Source of the DNA: Lepidodermella squamata
Lineage: Eukaryota > Animalia > Gastrotricha
Assembly: GCA_047495785.1 (NCBI GenBank)
Contig: JBLDXI010000074.1
Coordinates: 1,240,001-1,304,000 of the forward strand
Direction: 5' to 3'
DNA length: 64,000 bases
In this document: piece by piece, positions 1-13,020 of the stretch
Layout: the number at the start of each line of letters is the position of its first letter
Position numbering within the stretch: the first letter of the stretch is position 1
Translations under genes and position numbers: made by a program
The notes under the pieces: model-generated
The model's database searches: none
The model's input: the letters and a program-made list of their open reading frames with translations, nothing else
Told to the model about the DNA's origin: nothing

Positions 1-1316
1 TTCGATCGTCGCAAAATCTGGTTGTCTTAGCCCAGCACGAAAACTTTTTCGATAATCGATATTGCATATAAGGAATCCTAGTAAGTTTTACAGTGATTTG
101 AGTGATTCCATAAGCAACAATACCATAAGAGCCTCCTGCAATTAGCGTGTACCATTCGAAAATGCGATCCAGGTCAGCTAACATTTGAAGCATTTTTTGC
201 AAACTGAGCTCAAAATGTAAGATAAAAATAGCGTCAGCTAAAGCTCGCTACGCTCGCCTGTAATACGAAAGAGAGATTGGCATAAAACGCAGAAATATGG
301 TAGCCAAATCATAAGTGGAAGGTTCGCGAGCGAGCGTAGCGAGCGAGCGCAATTTTTTTTGCTCAGTTACATGCGTACCTGGCAGGTCAAATGTCCTACT
401 TTCAGCGCTGCTGGGACATGCTGACTGTATCTTGACGCTTGATATGGGAGCCAGTTCACTCGTCAACCTGTTATTCGATTAGCAATCCTTGTTACCCGCC
501 TCACGCCTCAAGTTGCTAAGGCTGGTGGTGGTGCCGGTTGTGGTCGACGCTGGTGTCGCTTTGTCACGCTCGCCGTGTTGACGCATACTACGATGGCTAC
601 GCTCGCTGGTCATGGTGCTGAGCGCGAGAATGTCCCACTTTCCAATTGACTCGACAATTTGAAAAATCATCTGAAAATAAGAAAATAGCTTTAATGACTT
701 GGCTTTTTCGCGATGTAATGTGAAGGTGGAGGCCCATACGAAAATTTTCATAAATATCTCGCAAAGAAGCTGGAATTTCGTTCAACGTTGTGGACATTGT
801 AAAATTTGAGACCACTCATGTTAGCCGAAAAATTATGATCGGTCTTTTATTCAATTTTCGTCGATCATAATTCATCACTTGAATGGGAATATCAATTGTT
901 AGGTAACTTGTGCAAATGAAAGTCAACCGATCAAACCAAAATACCCGGAAAAAAATATTCATGGGTCTGAATTATTTAATTGCGGCGAGATTATTTTTTC
1001 GACGTTCATCAATTCTTAAAAAACGACAAAATATTAGAAATGCTGTGTCATTGCTAGTCGCGGCTGGTAACTTGCTCGAATAGCTCAAATTCAGGTTCGA
1101 TTATCGTTAAATCTGTTCATCAGTGTTTTGACCTGCTTGTTCTCGTTTCGACATTGAAATTTGCAGAATTAATTTTACGAAATAAATTGGGCGCATCGGA
1201 TGTGTCCCCTAACCCATTTCCATCATGTTATCTTCCTACGTCATTTCATTTGCGTCATTAGAACGCCTAAAACCATATCGAATGCACCGAAAACGCAAAA
1301 TACACCGTAGCCCAGA

Positions 1317-1396
1317 CGCGGCTGATCCAACAATTGGAAGGTGCCAACTCATTCACGCGATTTTCACGTGAAAATTCACGTAATGGAGGCTATAAA
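1317..1396 (+). promoter_or_regulatory. Conserved family A promoter (CGCGGCTGATCCAACAAT block, TTCACGTGAAAATTCACG block, TATA box)
   Basis: The same blocks occur at about 10750-10855 and 39641-39736, each about 80 nt upstream of a paralogous ATG; TATAAAA at 1390. Confidence 0.7.
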
Positions 1397-1470
1397 ATGC
1401 AGGTTTTTCTACTGAATTTTCACTTTCAACTTCTCTCTCCCATCAACATTTTATTTTCTCTCCTTAGAAA

Positions 1471-2021
1471 ATGAACAAGTTCCTCGTTGGCACCGTCGTT
1501 TTGGTAAGCATTGTGTCTTTACTTTTGATGCGTTCTAATGTATTTTGCAGGCCGCTTGCATCGCCGTTGTGTCGTCTGCCGCACGCGCTGCGAAGGCCCC
1601 ATCTGCCGCCGTTGGCAAACCGAAGTCTCCCAGTACTTCCGCCCAGAAGCCCCACGCTGCCTCGGGTGTTCAAAAGAAGCTGCATCAGAGCAAAGCTCAG
1701 CGGAAAGCTTTCGTCAAGGATGTCGGCGGTGCCGCGAAGAGCAACCAAGCTGCCTTTGCCAAGAAGATCCAAGCCATGATCAAGGCCAAATCGCTGCGCA
1801 AGTTCGTCGGGAGGTACTACTCGGGCAATGCGGCTGCGATCACCAACGGGATTACTAAGATCGCTAAGGACGAGAAGAAGTTGAAGGCTTTCGTCGCTAA
1901 ACTCGCAAAGGACCCCAAATCGGTCGCCAAAAAGCTGACCAAGATCAAGCGAGCCAATAAGACGAAGGGCAACGCCAAGCCAAAGGCATCGACTGCCAAG
2001 CCGGCCGGCCGTGAGGAGTAA
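1471..2021 (+). CDS. Secreted highly cationic Cys-free Lys/Ala-rich protein, family A copy A1 (exons 1471-1503, 1551-2021)
   Basis: Splicing GTAAGC...TTTTGCAG gives signal peptide MNKFLVGTVVL|AACIAVVSSA. The mature part has 38 K/R versus 6 D/E and ends GREE. Homologous to the repeat unit of 10927-12336. Confidence 0.85.
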
Positions 2022-3477
2022 TGCGAGTATGCCGTGTGATACCGTGAGTAATGCGATCTGCCACATGAACGTCATACTCTGTAGTTAGATTCTATTATGA
2101 TATTGAGTTCGAGGAAGGGTGCCGATTTTATAGAGGCTGGTGAGACGTTTTGAAGTTCTTATTAATACTAGTAGCTGTTTTATTGCATATTTTAACTGGC
2201 GTGGGTTGAGTTTCATTAAAATGTGTGGATTTTCTGGCATCACTCGGATTTTTTTTAGTTGACATGGCCCATGGGTCATGCGACAGTCAGAGGAATTTTG
2301 TTACCACTTTTTTGCCTGCCAATTAAATTCATGACGCCATTGAAATCGAAATCCGGAATCACGACGGTTTACCCCAAGCCGATAGCCAAACAATTCCCTA
2401 TCATTCAATGAATTATTTGGTGAAATCCGAACGCATGCTGGCACTACAAAAATTATTCTGGGGTATTTAAAATGCATCATGGATTTTCGCAACTGATCAG
2501 AAATTGTAGGGCAAAAACTAAATTTGCTTCTGTGTCACTCCTTTTTCAGAGCAGGTTACTTAAGGTGAGCTAAGAGCTCATTTTAAACTAAAACTTAAAA
2601 CTAGCTCTATGGCTAACGATAACTGTTTGTTTGACTACTAAAAAGATAAATAAACGGTTACATCTATTGCAAACATGTTTAACTAAACGGTGTTTATGCA
2701 GATGGCTCTTTCTCAAAACTTTTCCCGCTCTTGAACCCTTCATAAAGACCTGAAATCATACCTTAATATATATTTACAAGCCTCTCAAATAATCAATTTA
2801 AGAACTGATATTCAGAAACATGCCACATCTTGCAGGAAAATCGTTCGCTATTAGCCTCTGCCTTGTTTTACTATTTACGGTTATTGCTGAGTCCCGCCCC
2901 GCAAGCAAAGAGGCCGAGGTTGACCACGATGGCATAGCCGATACGGTAAGATAATAATTCTAATAAAAGCAGACAATGTCTCATTTGAAAATTCACAGGA
3001 TGACGGTGAAGATCGGGGATATTCACTCCTCTACGGCTGCAGCATGTCACTGAATAAATGCTGGGGCTCATGCTGGAGCTTCCCGCCGAAATATTGCATT
3101 CTGAAGGCTCCGGAATCCTGCAAGGCCCACTCGGATTGCGACCCGTTAGCTGATTGTGCTACCGAATGCAACTCCAGCTTATTTTAATTCTTGCTTTTTT
3201 TACCAAATAAAGATTTCGGTTCTATATTTTTGCTATTTTCCATTGTTGGGCTATGCCAAGATACTACATATCGTCATAGATTGAACTCATAACGACATGG
3301 TTTCATTCCTATTCTAAACTAAGAGATTCGGCATAGGTATATGGTTAATAAACTGTAAGTGAAATGCCTTCAAGCAAGAACAATCTAGTTTGGGACCGAA
3401 CAACATTGACCGGAAACGTCAATAGCAATGTCGTGACCGACAGTGAATTCCAGGTTTTTCACCCCTTGGCCATATGC

Positions 3478-6376
3478 CTAGATTTTATCGATTCTCCATT
3501 GACGATGCCATTTTAACCCGACTCGACGTGAGAGTCTTTCTGGACACGGGCAGTATCTGGTCATACGAGAGGAATAATTACTAATACATTTTCTAAAACG
3601 CTTCAGATAAACTTTTGGCCCACCGATGAAGATTAGGTTCAACACGCCACAAAACAAAGCAGTGATTGAAGCAAGCAGCAAAACATTGCGCTGATCGCCG
3701 GCTAGCAAAAACCCAAGAAAAGAACTGGCAACGACGATGCTCAACTCTACGAAGACACACATTCGGTAAAGTTTAATGGCAAGTCCAACACGCATTGAAC
3801 CCTGCAAAAGCGTATTTCAATTCTGTTGCTAATATTGAAAGAAAATGCTATTATACCAATCGATAAAAGCCATGAATACAGCTCTTAAAAGATCGACTGC
3901 CAACGTTAGGAACAATAAAGCAATCAGGACAAAGCTTTCATGCTTGTTGAAGTCGAAAACGCAGACTTGTCTTATTTTCCTGAAAACGATGCTGTCATCA
4001 AATGGCGAAGGTTCCGACTTATCAAAAACTGTTGCTACTCTTGCAGGCTCCAGAGCCAACCATATCGTTGCCAAAGCGAAACAAACAATTATGTCTACAT
4101 ATTTCGCACGCTTTTTGAACTTGGAAAACGATGAATTGGTAGGGCTAGAAGGTAGGTGCTTTTGAAGACCGCAAACAAGTCCTGTTATAGACACTGAGAT
4201 ACCGAGAACGATGGAGAACACCATTACACCACATTGGGTTGCGATTGACGGATTCAAGGCTATTGGTAGCAGATAAACATTTCCAATCATGTCATAGGTC
4301 GGTATTGAACTTTCCATGTCTTCTGCGGGAAATGAGAAGTACAATGAGGGACCAAGCCACAACTTCACCGAAGGTGGCCAAACCTGTCAATGTAGCAAAC
4401 AACTCAAATCGAGGGCTATATTTTTACTGAAAACACTTACCAGCTAAAGGCGCAAATACCGAGTGATGGATCATAGCCATTTCTACTACGATGATCGTCA
4501 CTCTGTCTTTCGGATGTTTCCCGTCCCGCGTTCTCCATTTCAAAGCTCCATTTAAGAACTGCAGCCGCGCATGTTCCTCAGCGTTAGATTTGTAGTAAGC
4601 GAAAATTCGACTCTCGAGTGTGCCATCTTGGCGTGTTTCAAATCGTGAAAATGTTTTCGGCGAGAAACCCTTCGAGTTTGCATTAGTTTCCTCATCAAAC
4701 CAAAACTCGCCTTTGAACGCTTTGACGCGACCTTTGTCAGAAAACATAGCTTGCCTCAAGACCTTGTTGAAGCCACTGACAGCTTGTTGCTTGAATCTTT
4801 CGCTGCTCGTCACCCAATCACTCAAAGTTTCGTTTCCTGCAATTTATTTCATTTAATTCGAAAATTCCTTTTTATTATTGAGACGTCCCATTCGTTGAAT
4901 GGATGGGCCGAAGCCATGGGTCCCGAATGAGCGCTCTTAGGGTCGCTTGTTGGGGTGTCTTCAGTCGGACAGCTCGGTAGCGATTAATGCAGTCTCGCTG
5001 ACACTCCTCCTTATTTCATTTAAATTGTGTACCTTTTTGACAGCCAACGTACTTTCTCGTAGCGTTGTTTCCGTTGCGTTTAAAACCATCCCTACGTACA
5101 CGAATTGGTCGTAGCACATAGTTCGCCAGTAGGGCCAAGACGGGTGTCGCTCAGGGTTGGAAAGTTTAGTCCCGAGATCAGCTAAAAACCTTGGATAACT
5201 TATGCCTGTCGAATCTGTCATGTTGCTGCCGTAAATTACAGACATACTTGCCGATGAAGTGTAAAATATGATGCTCTCGGCAACCTATTAAATTACTCAT
5301 TTTTAAATCGGAGGCTATTGGGCATAGGTAACCGTTTCATACCTCAATCAGCATTTTGTTACTGCACCACTTCTTCCAACTAGCGGGGATTGAAACGGTC
5401 GCAGGGTTGAAAACGCTCCATGAATTGAAAGCTACGACATAATTTGGACCGAAAATGCCGTAGCGATGTAGCCAGCAAGACAATGAGACTGGGGAATTAG
5501 TGATTCCGATGATGATTCTCGGATCATGTCGCAGCATCTCATCCATTGCCGAAGCCATTTCGGCCTCGTCTGCCGAGGCGTAGCCGATTGTACCCATCCA
5601 TGAAATCGTTATATTGCTGCTCTCCATTACTTTGACTACATAATTATCAGTGACTGTATTGAAGAAGTCGTAGATCTCGGAAATGACTGCGATGCGTTGC
5701 CAGCCCATTGTTTTGAAGAGACGAGCCATGGCAATGAAAATAGATCCAGATTCATCGGCTAACGAGTAGAATGAGCTGTACCTCAGTGGGTTACGACCAG
5801 TTTCTGGGCTCTGATTGATCGCAAACTAGAATTTAGTATTAAAAGAATTAAAACTATTTCACGTTAACATTTACCCCTGAGTAGTTGAATCGTTTTACCA
5901 ACGATGCCGTTGTTACCCGAGCCCGCGCCGCGCACATCGAAACCATGAGGATTGGTAGCCGGCCATCAGCCAAAGAGCTTGACTCCATCACTCTTGTGGC
6001 CATTAAAGTCGCTTTTGCATCATCACACTGAAAAGCCAGTTATGTTAGCTGCTAAGTAAGATTGAACTATAAAACCTCATCGTCGATTAGTTCTACCCCC
6101 ATTTCATAGCCTGATAACCAGTTGGGTAGGGTTTCAGCCTATCTAGTGCCAACTCGATGCCTTTCGTGCAAATCGCACCAGCTGGAGTGTTAGCGCCGCC
6201 GTAGTTTACAGAGGCAAGGATCGAAATGAATTTGCCGCGGGGCGTTTCTTTGCTAAACGAAGAAGATACAGCGAATTTCGGCATTTCAACGGACACATCT
6301 GGTGCGATTTGGGAAGATGTTGTCAACTCAATTGGTGGAGCCGCAACAATTTTACGAGTACTGTCAGTAGCATAAG
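3478..6376 (-). pseudogene. Class C (GABA-B-like) GPCR with Venus-flytrap domain and 7TM, apparently disabled
   Basis: Recognisable segments GYEMGVELIDDE|C, LFKTMGWQRIAVISE, HDPRIIIG, FKGEFWFDE and TM segments ending GGPK. Frame breaks near 6125 and 4290, a stop at 4961 and a splice-phase mismatch near 3800-3860. Confidence 0.65.
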
Positions 6377-6939
6377 TCTAAAGACAATCATTTCTCTGTC
6401 GATATTTTTTTCTGATTGATAATCACTTTCGAATTCAAAACTGCATGAGTGTCGTAGCATTTGAGCCCGTACTGACAGCACGATGCGCATTAACCTTTGA
6501 ATGAACTTCCTTCAGGGTCATTTCGGAAAAGTCAGTCTTCGTTTCCAGTCATTTTGACTTCATTTGACACGATGGCTCAAATATGGTAAACATCAATTTC
6601 TGGGAAACGCTCGCCAACATTACCAGCCGGAAAGATGGTCTCAAATTTACGCGATCTCTTCCGTGCAATGAGCGGCGACTAAACGTGTCATGCTCAACAC
6701 TTTCGGTGATCGGCCATGCGCGTTATGTTCTGTTTGCATAGCACATAAAACCTTCATCAGCACATAAAACCTACTTCAAATTTCTTTCACAATTTTGCAG
6801 CCTATACTAAATATTTTTATCGGTTTCAATATTTTGGAAAAAAAAATAAAAATGAGCACAATTTAAGGAGGATCATCACTCACTTTTTGGCTGCTATTGT
6901 CGCCATCATACAGCGGTTTTTTGATGTGATCGAAAATCG

Positions 6940-9291
6940 TCACTTGGTTGAAACGCATGGTTTTTCGACGTTTCCCTTTGTCAATACATATCTCTGGATC
7001 ATATAGCCCCGGATAGCAGCAATCAACTGCTCTGGGGTCGGATTCATCGCAAAACCATTGAATTGTCGAGCAAACGAGAACAACAACTCTAGGCTGTCCT
7101 GTAGAAAATAGTAAGTCGCGACGAATGCGACGTCACAGCTGAATAATAAGAGGTATTCAACAACAGCAACAGTCGTTCTTATCGCTTGGACCATTCCACG
7201 CACGCCAGATTTCAATGTGCTTTCAATAGCCTTGTTGCCAACAGTGTCGGTGAAACTCAGTAAAACATCGATGCCATCTTCGAGGTGAGATTTCCAGGTC
7301 GGGAAGGTTTCCTTGCGAACTGGGCGCCGATTGGGTTCGACATCGGAAAGATTGCGCTGGTTGAGGCAGTCCCACACTGTGTTAATAATTCGGCACAATT
7401 TCTCCGTGCCTTCGCTATTTCCGAAATTCGTCTGATATTGAGGGATGCTACGCAGTACAGCAAGGGCATCGGCGACGCTGCCGCTGAAAATTTGTACAGC
7501 GAGTGTCACCTTCATCGGCCACTTTGCCCAAGCCAAGTGAGAACTGGTCAATTTGGTGCGAAGGTGGAGGCCAACTGCATCTTGGAGATGAACCAGTTCA
7601 ACGACGTGGAGCCAATAGGCTTTGTAAATCTGGCCACGGTAGGTAAAAACTAGAATTCCCCATTTGGCAAAGAGAGCGCGAATTAGTTTTAAGCAATGAG
7701 TTGCGTCTTGGCTCCAGTACCAACTCGACTCATGCGCAGCTGGAAACGGCGAGAAAATTTCGGTCGGAATTTCTTCAAAACCTTCCATGGTCTTTACATT
7801 CGTCCGGTGGCCATCGGCAGTAGTTACAATAGCGTGCAACCCTCGCGTTACAAACTCCTGTCGAATTTCCTTCAGAACTGCTGACTGAATTGTTTCGCAA
7901 GTCGATTCTAACAACAAGAGGCAAACCGGGTAGCACACGCCACCTGACAGTGAAACAGCTAAAAAAACTACTGCTTCGTGCGGAGGTTTGCCGAGCTGAC
8001 TTTCAACATCGGGCAGGGTGTTGAATGATCCCGCGTCAACCAAACCGTGAACTGTTTCATCACCGAAATGGAAGTACTCGCCCCTTTTGATTACCATAGC
8101 GTCCATTTGGATCACGTAGTGACGCTTTGATGGCGATTTAAAACGAATCGTTTCAAGGAGAGACAAAGCCAATTGATTAAGCCCAGGCTTAACAACAACT
8201 TGAGCCAGCCATCGACGAACTGTTCGCTCAGACGGCATGCATTTTCCGAAATATACACGAAGTTTCATTCGAGCAGAGGGCTGCAAACCTATAAAAATAA
8301 TTTAAACATTTACCGGAAAAATTAAAAAAATTCGAATTAAAAAATGTACAAATTAAAAATTAAAAATTAAAAAAATGATTTCGAATAACATATTTTTCCG
8401 AATTTCACAGTGAAAAAATTCAGATCGGTAAAAAGTATAATAATAAAAATTAATCAACGTATATTTAAAAACTATATGAATAATTAAGGAGATTTTTGAT
8501 CATTTCTATAATTTTATTGAAGCTTCAATTTGTTAAAATATGATTCGTAAATTCGATACATGAAGTGGCTCGATTAACCTATATTCAATAAGTATAGTTG
8601 TTTATTAGTTATAATAAAAAATAGCCAAAAAAATCAAAGATTTCTTTGAACCTGTTGCCATTTCCTTGAATAAATTTGAGTATCGTCGTCCTTTGAGCGG
8701 CTTTGATGCAATTGTTTCCATCTCGTCAACTAGTTGCTTTCCAACCTCGCCCAGGGAATTTCGCTTTTGGTGTATTTTGTTCAATTGATTTTCAAGCGAC
8801 TTCATTTTTCGCTTCATTCTGCTGCAATTTGTCTTCGCTATACTGAGCCTTGCTTTCAGTTGTTCTCGGGTGAATTGGGTTCGACCAGGCCGCCGGGCCG
8901 GCAATTCTTTCACGGCGACGGCTGCAGAGGTCGATGCAACGTTTTCCTGGGACTGGAGAGGTAAGCCGTTAGAACCACCGGAACTATCTTGTCCGGAAGA
9001 ATTTTCTGCATCTATTTGTCCACCCGAACCCGGGCCTTTTGATTCGTTAATTTTGTAAATCCCGAATTCGAGTTCATTATTGTTGAATTGGTGAAGCTTT
9101 CCACCTGAAGGCTTGCGCCTTTTCTTGAGTTCCCGAACGCGGCTGGCTCGCGAAACAAGCGCGAGTCGAAGCGAAATTTCATCTTCGTCCTCGGCCAAAT
9201 TGAACTCCTTCTTCATCAGCTCTCTTTGGACTTTGTGGGTGGCCTGTCTCCAAGAAATTAACCATGAGAATCGAACTTTAACAACCCGCAT
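6940..9291 (-). mobile_element. P-element/THAP9-type DDE transposase (exons about 9291-8651 and 8288-6940)
   Basis: Motifs PSERTVRRW, QMDAM, TADG, QDATHCLKLIR, KWPMKVTLAVQIFSGSVADAL and QDSLELLFS match the P-element transposase family. Possible terminus CATAGACAAT (minus strand) at 9791-9800. Confidence 0.85.
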
Positions 9292-9944
9292 ATTAAGAAA
9301 TGCCGCATGCCCGCATGCTATATTAAGAAATATTAAGAATGTTAAGAAATTAAGAAATCAGCAAAATTAAAAATTAACTGAAAACTAAACATTTTAGGTT
9401 TGCATTTAAAATGAAACTCAATAAAAATGGGTAGGAAATAGATTTCGAGAAATCCTCCTTAAAAATTACCTCTGAAGTGCTGACTTTAATGACACATGCA
9501 CACAACAACTTTACATTTTTCGAATGCTTATTTTTATTGAGTGAGCATGGCACGCGATGACGCAACACAACAGAGTGTGAGTAATCGATTTTTCGATATT
9601 GATTTTCTCGGCAACGAAATCGAACCGCACTACGGGACTTGGATCATTATTACCGTAAAAAAATGCCCGATTTTTCGATATTTTTCAAGAATTTAGGAGA
9701 ACAACGACTTTTCGGCCGGATTTATAATGGCCGATCCACGCATAATTAGTGTTTCAATGCGAAGTGCGTGAGTGTCCGATCTGTACCATCATTGTCTATG
9801 GGCATGCCACTTACTCTAACCCTAGGTCTTATCTTAAGAGATTGAGATGAACATTTCCGTATGACGGATTTCGACTGGTGCAGTCTAGCTGACACTCCCA
9901 GCCTCCCAATTTTCTATTTTGTAACGCGATGGATTGGTAAAACC

Positions 9945-10060
9945 ACCGCGGGGCCGAGGGGGGACTCGATCCTGGTTCCATCACTAGGACTTGAACCCAG
10001 TCCCGAGCGATATCCCCTCAGATACACAGTAGCTCAACGACCCAACTGAGCCACCGTGCC
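9945..10060 (-). mobile_element. tRNA-derived SINE-like sequence
   Basis: Minus strand begins GGCACGGTGGCTCAGTTGG (A box), has GGTTCAAGTCC (B box) and a second B-like GGATCGAGTCC. No clean cloverleaf. The 5' 12-mer is triplicated at 10052-10088. Confidence 0.5.
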
Positions 10061-10212
10061 TCCCACCGTGCCTCCCACCGTGCCTCCCTATTAGAAAAAA
10101 TATCATCCAAAAAAATAACGACGAATCAAGCATGTCTCGAAATAAATCGTTCCTGAAATGCTGAAATGCCGCTGGCGCGTCAATCCGAATGGCATGACCA
10201 GATATTCAAAGA

Positions 10213-10490
10213 GCGATGAGTAGATCGGGTGCTTCACCATGCAGAATCTGCCAGACCAGTTTGATGGTGTGAACTTTTCTTCTTCCTGCTAGCGAGATCC
10301 AGCGAAGGTCGCGGATCAGGGGCTCAACAGAAAAAGTTTCCGGCTTCATCATGAGTGCCCTGATTCCGGCGCGCTGTGCTTTGTCGAGCTTCTTCAGGGC
10401 TTTCTCGGAACCAGCTTCGAGGAGGGTGTCGCAGTAGCCGACGCGAGATTCGATGAGTCCGTTGTAAATGGCCTTCCGAGCATCCAGAGG
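10213..10490 (-). mobile_element. Internal fragment of the same LINE family as 52985-54162
   Basis: Nearly identical by eye to about 53384-53665. Confidence 0.85.
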
Positions 10491-10926
10491 ATCGATCCAC
10501 CTTCTGTCTTTTAAATTCTGCCAGTTTTAAATTCAGCTGTATGTAATTTCATGTGCTACCTCTCCGCTTAACCCCCCCCCCCCTACACTCCCTGCTTCTC
10601 CCGTCCACCCTCCAATTAACGGACGAGTCTCACACGCCCGTAAGTCTCGTCCGTTAAATAACATAATTCTCATCTTCTTAACATATCATTTACGTTATTT
10701 TAACACTTACTAATAGGTACCCGAAACAAAAAAACGCAACCCGGCGCAAAACGCGGCTGATCCAACAATGGGAAGATCGCTATGTTTATTTTTCACGTGC
10801 TACATTTTTCACGTGATAATTCACGTGAAAATTCACGCTATAGAGCCTATAAAAATGCGAGCTTGCCGACTGAATTTTCACTTTCGGCTTCACACCCAGT
10901 AAAATTTTATTTTCTCTCATTAGAAA

Positions 10927-12336
10927 ATGAACAGGTTCCTCACTTGCGCCGTCATTTTGGTAGGCCTTTGCAGATTATTAGATGATTGATGCATAGTTCC
11001 TTTGTATTTTTAGGCCGCTTTCGTCGTTGTGGTATCGTCTGCTGCCCAGAAGGCTCCAGCTATCTCGACTGCTGCCAAGAACTCGCCCAAGACTGCTGCC
11101 CAGAACGGCCACGCCGCCTCGCCAGCTCAAACGCAATCGCACCAAACTGCGGCTCAGCAGGCTGCTTTCATCAAGGATATCGGAGGTGAGGCGAAGAGCA
11201 ACCAAGCTGCGTACGCCAAGAAAATCAAGGCCATGACGACCAAGGAGCTGCGCACCCTCTTCAACAAATACTTCCAGGGAAACCCCGGGGCTGTCACCAC
11301 GCTGGTCGGACAGTTATCCAAGGACGACAAGAAGCTCGCAGATTTCGTCGCTGACCTTTCCAAAGACCCTAAAGCTGTTGCTATCAAGCTGGCGGCACTC
11401 AAGCCGAACATCACGTCAAAGTCCACGCAGTCTCACCAAACTGCGGCTCAGCAGGCTGCTTTCATCAAGGATATCGGAGGTGAGGCGAAGAGCAACCAAG
11501 CTGCGTACGCCAAGAAAATCAAGGCCATGACGACCAAGGAGCTGCGCACCCTCTTCAACAAATACTTCCAGGGAAACCCCGGGGCTGTCACCACGCTGGT
11601 CGGACAGTTATCCAAGGACGACAAGAAGCTCGCAGACTTCGTCGCTGACCTTGCCAAAGACCCTAAAGCTGTTGCTATCAAGCTGGCGGCACTCAAGCCG
11701 AACATCACGTCAAAGTCCACGCAGTCTCACCAAACTGCGGCTCAGCAGGCTGCTTTCATCAAGGATATCGGAGGTGAGGCGAAGAGCAACCAAGCTGCGT
11801 ACGCCAAGAAAATCAAGGCCATGACGACCAAGGAGCTGCGCACCCTCTTCAACAAATACTTCCAGGGAAACCCCGGGGCTGTCACCACGCTGGTCGGACA
11901 GTTATCCAAGGACGACAAGAAGCTCGCAGATTTCGTCGCTGACCTTGCCAAAGACCCTAAAGCTGTTGCTATCAAGCTGGCGGCACTCAAGCCGAACATC
12001 ACGTCAAAGTCCACGCAGTCTCACCAAACTGCGGCTCAGCAGGCTGCTTTCATCAAGGATATCGGAGGTGAGGCGAAGAGCAACCAAGCTGCGTACGCCA
12101 AGAAAATCAAGGCCATGACGACCAAGGAGCTGCGCACCCTCTTCAACAAATACTTCCAGGGAAACCCCGGGGCTGTCACCACGCTGGTCGGACAGTTATC
12201 CAAGGACGACAAGAAGCTCACACATTTTGTCGCTGAGCTCGCCAATGACCCTACAGCTGTTGCTGTCAGGCTCGCGGCACTCAAGCCGAAGACGTCAACT
12301 GCTACCAAGCCAACAGTTTCTGGCCGCGATATTTGA
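10927..12336 (+). CDS. Secreted Cys-free protein with four tandem 98-aa helical domains, family A copy A2 (exons 10927-10959, 11014-12336)
   Basis: Signal MNRFLTCAVIL|AAFVVVVSSA; long open frame; ends GRDI; TATA near 10848 and AATAAA at 12502. Confidence 0.88.
11140..12295 (+). repeat. Intragenic tandem repeat, 294-bp unit x about 4
   Basis: Units start at 11140, 11434, 11728 and 12022. Units 1-3 differ at only 1-2 nt; unit 4 diverges in its 3' part. Confidence 0.95.
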
Positions 12337-13020
12337 AAATCATGCAAGCATCCGTCATCATTACTCCATCATATTATAACCATGTGGTTAGCTTCTAAAT
12401 ACATATAATGTTCTTATTATGTGGAAGCTTTGTAGCTGAGCGACGTGCTATATACCTTAGGTATAGCCGTTATATTTTAACTCATGTGTGGTGTGATTTT
12501 CAATAAAATGTGTGGTTTTACTGGCAACACGGGAGGCGTTCTGTTAATATAGCCCTATGGGAAGCATGGTACAGAACTATTTTGCCTGCCAATGAACTTC
12601 ATAACACCATTGAATAGTCTAACTCTAATTCTGGATTTTACGCCAATCACGCTGGTCCATCTCAAGCATCTAGCTTCATCAAATTATAAGATTTCTCGAA
12701 TGCTACAATTGGTCTGGAATATATACCATATTCTTCCAAGTTCTAACATGCTTTTCTGTTATAAAAAAATAGCGTTTGCAGTCACTTATTTTTGGTAAAG
12801 TTATACATTTTAAATTTCGTCACATTCTGTCCTAATTGCACTAGGCAAGGAATCAATTCCATGTGCAATAATTCCTAATTAGGAGTTGCATAACACTTCA
12901 TTTACGTTGATTCAGTCCTTTTATTTTCATTCAAGTTTTAACACCAATAACGAGCGTATAGAAAAGCGAATAACACAAGCTAAATAAGGTGGTCGTGAAA
13001 GAGCATCGTATCAAGCGTCG

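Noticed and set aside
248-815. Minus-strand ORFs with apparent splice sites near 672-739 and 378
   Set aside because: No frame gives a recognisable protein or the 11-codon signal exon; may be part of a gene extending left of the window.
9945-10060. Functional tRNA gene
   Set aside because: A and B boxes are present, but the acceptor and anticodon stems cannot be formed and the B box is duplicated.
11154-12347. Repeated 90-aa hydrophobic ORFs on the minus strand
   Set aside because: Antisense shadows of the A2 coding repeat.
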